A DNA stretch of 64,000 bases, from contig CM074807.1 in the NCBI GenBank assembly GCA_037447605.1, forward strand, positions 1,674,001 to 1,738,000, given 5' to 3'. Below are positions 59,230 to 64,000 of the stretch, piece by piece (the stretch's first letter is position 1; the number at the start of each line of letters is the position of its first letter). This DNA comes from Zygnema circumcarinatum SAG 698-1b (taxonomy: Eukaryota; Plantae; Zygnematophyceae). Position numbers and translations under genes: made by a program. Below the pieces are notes generated by a model. That model was not told the origin of the DNA. It saw only the letters and a program-made list of their open reading frames with translations, and made no database searches.

Positions 59230-61927
59230 ATGGCGCCAAAGCGCCCGGGCGGCGCGCAGGGTGCCAAGTCCTCTCGGAAGCGCGGCAGGGGGAGGTACTA
59301 CGCCCTCGGGGTACGCCGCCCGCCTTGACCCTTAGTCCTCATTCCTTAACCCTAATTCTTAAACCTTAAACCCTGAGTCTGAAATCCTAACTACACCCTG
59401 TACTCTAGAACTTGCGTCCTCCACTCCCTAAACTCTATCATTAAACCCTAATCTCTGTACCTTTCAATCTTGAACCAGGAATTCCTGAACCCTGAGCCGT
59501 AGACTCTCAATCTTACACCCTCACCCTTGAAGCCCGAGCTTCCGAATCAGTTGCCGCTAAAAAAAATCTCAAAAACCAAAACAACAAAAAGATAAAATGA
59601 AACTGACATTGCAGATAACATAGCATCTGCTTAGCTGTAGTCTATTCCTTCTCAAGAATAGACTGAAATTTTATGCGTCCTTTCCTGCCCCCTCTCCGAC
59701 AGAGCGCGAAGGGCGGCCATGGCGGCCACGGCATCCCCTTCGGGCGGGAGGGCGTGCTCGTGACGTGTCCGGGCGGGCGCGAGCGGAACTGCACGCGGGA
59801 GGTTCTCAGCCTCCTCCTTCAGGTGCCCCCTCCGACCCTTAACCCTCAACCCTCAGCCCCTCTCTTTGCGCCGCAAGCTTAAACCCTGATCAGGCCGCAA
59901 ACCCTGAGTGTGGAACCCTAAATCCTAATCAGACCTGATCAAACTCTAGGACTCGAACCCTAAACCTGAAGCCGTACAGTCTAAAGCTCTAAACCTAAAC
60001 CTAATCTCTAACCTTGAAGCTTAAACCCTGAACCTACGCTCTAACTCCCTAGACTTAAACCCTGAAGTTTGAACCTTGAGCGCTAACTGTAACTTCTAAA
60101 TCTTAAAACGCCTAAAGTTCTTAATCCTAAAGCTAAGCCTTGAACGGACTTATTGACACCCTACAGCCACTCTGAACCCTAAACCAAATCAGGGACTTTA
60201 TCCTCTTAAAACCCTAAACCTTTAGCCCGAACCCTAACCTCGGAACCTTAAACCTGTACACTTTGAATCCTGAACCCTGAATCTTTGAACTCTAAGACTC
60301 CTAATCCTAAACCTGAACTCTGAAATCCTAAAATTTTGAAATTTTTTACGTTTAAATAGATCCCTAGAGATTTTGAAAAAGCTTCCGCGAAAATCTTGAA
60401 TAGTGGCAGATGCTCGGACCTCTCTCTCTCTCTTCCTCTCTCTCTTCGCTCTCTCACAGTCTCTCTGCCCCGTTGCCTTCTCTCCCTCTCTTGCATCTCA
60501 CTCCAGCTCCTCTGTCCTCAGCTTTCTCCTCCAATCCCTCGCCTTTCTCCGAACTGAGAGTGATCCAAGAAAAGTTCTTTTCCCCAAATCAAGAAGGCAT
60601 GAATACTATTTAACGAAGGAACTTGCAGCTAAAGGAATAAGTTTTAGAACTTGAGGTTTTTGAATATTGCAACTCTACCTTTGAAGTTTAAACATCGAAC
60701 GTTACGTTCTGGAGTTTAAAATTGAAGTTCAGATCTTGAAGCTCTATGATAGCAAATTCTCTGTGAACCTGAACTGAACTTTGACAGTTCCATGTAACGG
60801 CAGTTCTGGGAGGACGCGACTGGCGAAAATGCAACAGCAGAAGCACCTAGAACTGGGATGGAGGAGGGAGAAAATGATGTAGAAGATGATGACGTAGAGG
60901 ACGAAGATGATGAGGAGGAGGAGGGAGAGCACGGTGATGAGGGAGAGGAGAGGGAGGAGGGGGGGGATGGAGAGGGAGGTAAGCAGGGAGAGGGGAAAAT
61001 TGAGGGGGGAGAGAGAGGGATAGAAGAGAGTAAGGAAGAGGGTAGTGGATCGCGAGAGAAGGATAATATCGGAGGAGATATCGACAAGTTAATCGAGTCG
61101 GAAATGGACGACATTCGGACGATGAAGAAGGTAAATTTCTTTTCTGGTTTCTTTTTATTTTTAACTTTTTGTTTGTTGTTATTTATCTTTTCTTACTATT
61201 TTCTTTATCGGCAGGTATTCAAGGGAATGGGAGTAGTGCTAAGAGTAGGGTTAATGTTAGTGCTAGCATTAGGATAAAAGTCAGGGCTCGATTAAGGTTA
61301 ATTGCAGGGCTAGAATTAGGGATGACGTTAAGGCTAATAAGGTTAAGAATTAGGCTTAGAGTAAGGGTTGGAATTAGGGCTAGGAAAGGGTTTAAAATAT
61401 GGCTAGAATTCGGATTAAATCAGGGCCAGAATTAGGGTTGAAGTTAGAGCTGGATATGGGTGAAAGTTAAGGATAGGCTTAGATTTTTGCTAAAATTAGG
61501 GCTAGAAATAGGATTAAAGTTAGGGCTAGAAATAGGGTAATATTAGGCTTAGAATTAGGGTTAAATCAGGTCTAGAACTACACTTAAGGTTAAAGTTGAC
61601 ATTGGACAAAGTGGCATTAGGTTCTCTTTCATACCTTTGAAAGGTTGAAGAACGTAATGCCTGAAAGAATCTAAGCTCTTAACTTCTTATCTCTTTGTCT
61701 CGTCTCTTCCTTTCTTTATTTCCTTGTTTTTTTTTTTCTGGGTAAAAATAGGCTCGATTCTCGCCAGTCAACTCGGGCTGCAAGGGACTTGTCTTTATCG
61801 AACACAGGAGAGAGAGAGAGAGCGACTTGTCTACCACTTCACTTGCAGAGGCGATAGTCCGGAAGACTATGGAAACCAAACTAACTCAGACAAGGTCTCT
61901 CTCTTTTTCTCTCTCTCTATCTCTCCC

Positions 61928-61975
<48 letters not shown>

Positions 61976-63812
61976 ATCTCTCCCTCTCTCTCTGTATCTC
62001 TCCCTCTCTCTGACGAATTAGTCCTATTTGCCTCTGATACTTCTTTGTCTTTGTGAAGACGAGATCCTTTGGCTTTTAGGTTTCTGGAACTTGATGGAAA
62101 TTGCATCCATCCTTTTCTTGGTGTGTCAGTGTATTTATATTTTTCATACTTACAGTCGTCTTCCTTTTTTATATTTATTTATTTTGGGTATGTGGCACAG
62201 ATACACAATGAAGCTGCTTCCCGTTGAATCCACCTGCTATGCCTCGGTCTCTGAGATCAAGCAGGCCATGGCTCCGCTTGTGGAGCGCCATTTTTCCGTC
62301 AAGGAGGGAGAGAAGCCTCTGACTGTAAGTTTCCTCTCTCTATCCCTCCCCCCTTCTCTCCCTCCCCCCTCCCGCCTCTTTTTACCTCTCTGCATGTCTT
62401 TCTGCTCCTCCGTCTACCTCCCTCTCATACTCCCTCTCCCTCCCCCTTCCCTGCCGAGCTCCCTTTCGTTCTCGCTCTGCCCCTCCTCCCACACACTCTC
62501 CCTCTCCTTCCCCTCCGCTTTCCTCCCTCCCTCGCCTCCACCCACTTCCCCTTCCTCCCCTCTCACCTTCCTCTCTCTCTCCCATGCCCTTCCCCTCCCC
62601 TCCCCTCCCCTTCCCCCTTCCCCTTCCCCTTCTCCCCCTTCTCCCTCGCCCTCTCACACGTTCCATGGTGCGCAGTTTGCCGTTGTGTTAGAGGTGCGCG
62701 CGCACTCGGGGTTGGACAAAATGGCTGTCATAACGGCGGTGGCGGAGATGGTCCCAAAGCCGCACAAAGTTGATTTGAGCCATCCGGAGAGAAGCATTCT
62801 GGTACAGGTGGTCAAGGTGAGGGAGGGCTCTCTCTCGCTCGCTCTCTTTCTCCCCCTCGCTCTCTCTCCCTCCCTCTCTCTTCCTCGCTATTTATCTCTC
62901 CTGCCCCGCCCTTAAACGATTTCTTCATGTTCTGTCTTTGAGGCCCCATCCTCCCTCTCTCTCCCACTTTTCTAGAGTCGACCGTTCCTATCCCTCTTTC
63001 TCTCCCCTCCCGCCCTTTTTTATCTTATCCCATTGGTTTTCTCTTTCTCTCCAACTTTCCTCGCTCCCCTCTCCTTGCTCGCTTCTCTCTATCTTTCACC
63101 GTTTACTCTTTCCCTCCCTCATTTTCACTCTTTCTGGTCCCCATCTCTTTCCCCCTACTCACCTCAACCTACCCTCTTCCCTCACCCCTCTCTCTCTCTT
63201 TCTAACCCCTTCCCCCGCTCGCCCCTCCTCTCTCTCCCCCTCTCTTTCTCTTCCCCTTTCCCCACCTATCCACCTCTTCTCTCTCCCGCTCCCTTGATTG
63301 TCCCTGCTCCCCCCCTCTTTCGCCCCTCTCTGTCACGCTCTCTGTGTCTCTCCCCCCTAACTCCCGCGGTTCCTCCTTTGCAGACCACCTGCACTCTCGC
63401 TGTGGTGCGAGAATTCAAAACTTTGGCAAAATACAATTTGCGCCAGATTGTCTGTCCGGAAGATAATCTGCCAAAAGCCGAAAAGTTTGCCCATGGAAAA
63501 TCAGAACGGAAATTTTCCACGTACGGGAAAAGGGAGAGGAAAGCTGCTTCTGCTTCTGCTTCTAAGGAAAGTGATATTGAGAACGCTCAGAAGGATGTAA
63601 AATGTGGCAGCGATGAACATGTTGTGAGCGATGTTGGAAACTCTAAGGGAGGGAGGGACGGGAAGGGAGAGAATGCGGCGGAGCGGGAGAGGGAGGCGGA
63701 GGTGAGGGAGAGGGAGAGGGAGAGGGAGGGAGAGGGAGCGGGGGGGGAACAGGGGGATGGGGATGGGGTGGAGAGAGGGAGAGTAGAAGGGAGGGAGGTT
63801 GGTGAGGAATGA
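59230..63812 (+). CDS. THUMPD1: THUMP domain-containing protein 1 (Tan1-like tRNA acetylation adaptor), 7 exons
   Basis: Exons 59230-59310, 59703-59822, 60804-61130, 61752-61893, 62201-62324, 62676-62816 and 63384-63812 join in frame. Motifs GVLVTCPGGRER, RF..VNSGCKGLVFI, KLLPVESTCYA, FAVVLEVR..VAEMVPKPHKVDLSHPERSILVQVVK..C.L.VV..F..LAKYNLR. Confidence 0.92.
59340..60330 (+). repeat. Degenerate CCCTAAA-type telomere-like tracts in THUMPD1 introns 1-2
   Basis: Dense aaccctaa/aaccttaa/accctga units. Confidence 0.85.
61230..61590 (+). repeat. Degenerate TTAGGG-type telomere-like tract in THUMPD1 intron 3 (opposite orientation to introns 1-2)
   Basis: Dense ttaggg/ttagggct/ttagaattaggg units. 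Confidence 0.85.
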
Positions 63813-64000
63813 ACCTCCTGCCTGACAAGGGGTTGGAAGGAGTGGCAGGTAGGGAGGCATTGTGACGTTCCGATGCAATTAAAAAAATTGCATCCGTTAG
63901 TGGTGTTCATAACATGTGAGTGTCACGTCACGCATGCGTCATCAAGGCCATCTTGACAGTTCTAACCATCGAAAAAGACGTGCGCTGTTAGAAGCATCAA

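Noticed and set aside
60716-61114. Ser/Pro-rich minus-strand ORF
   Set aside because: Antisense shadow of the acidic THUMPD1 exon 3.

Overview
This is intron-rich eukaryotic nuclear DNA with plant-type genes. The gene content (TGD5, GTG, SCC4), GA/CT-rich introns and CCCTAAA-like tracts suggest a streptophyte alga such as Closterium, but that assignment is inference. Eight conserved genes are recognisable: a glutathionyl-hydroquinone reductase, phosphoacetylglucosamine mutase, ARGLU1, SCC4/MAU2, TGD5, AP-4 epsilon, GTG/GPR89 and THUMPD1. A small conserved membrane protein gene is also present. The standout is a ~16 kb + strand gene (9118-25323), invisible in the ORF track because it is split into ~26 exons. 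It is predicted to encode a secreted ~1,600 aa mosaic protein: signal peptide - PAN - PAN - F-type lectin - F-type lectin - PAN - (Ser-Pro3)n stalk - LRRNT + 7 LRR - EGF - papain-family protease (catalytic residues intact, no I29 prodomain) - EGF - EGF - 4 LysM. I traced splice phases by hand; the 22 exons from 13277 to the stop join in one open frame. The second notable structure is a 5.6 kb element (38481-44053) with Ac-like hAT terminal inverted repeats and an 8-bp target-site duplication, whose interior is a decayed Ty3/Gypsy gag-pol. Four 10-N assembly gaps (10914, 38897, 43363, 43646) limit interpretation. All gene models are manual and unverified by transcript data.
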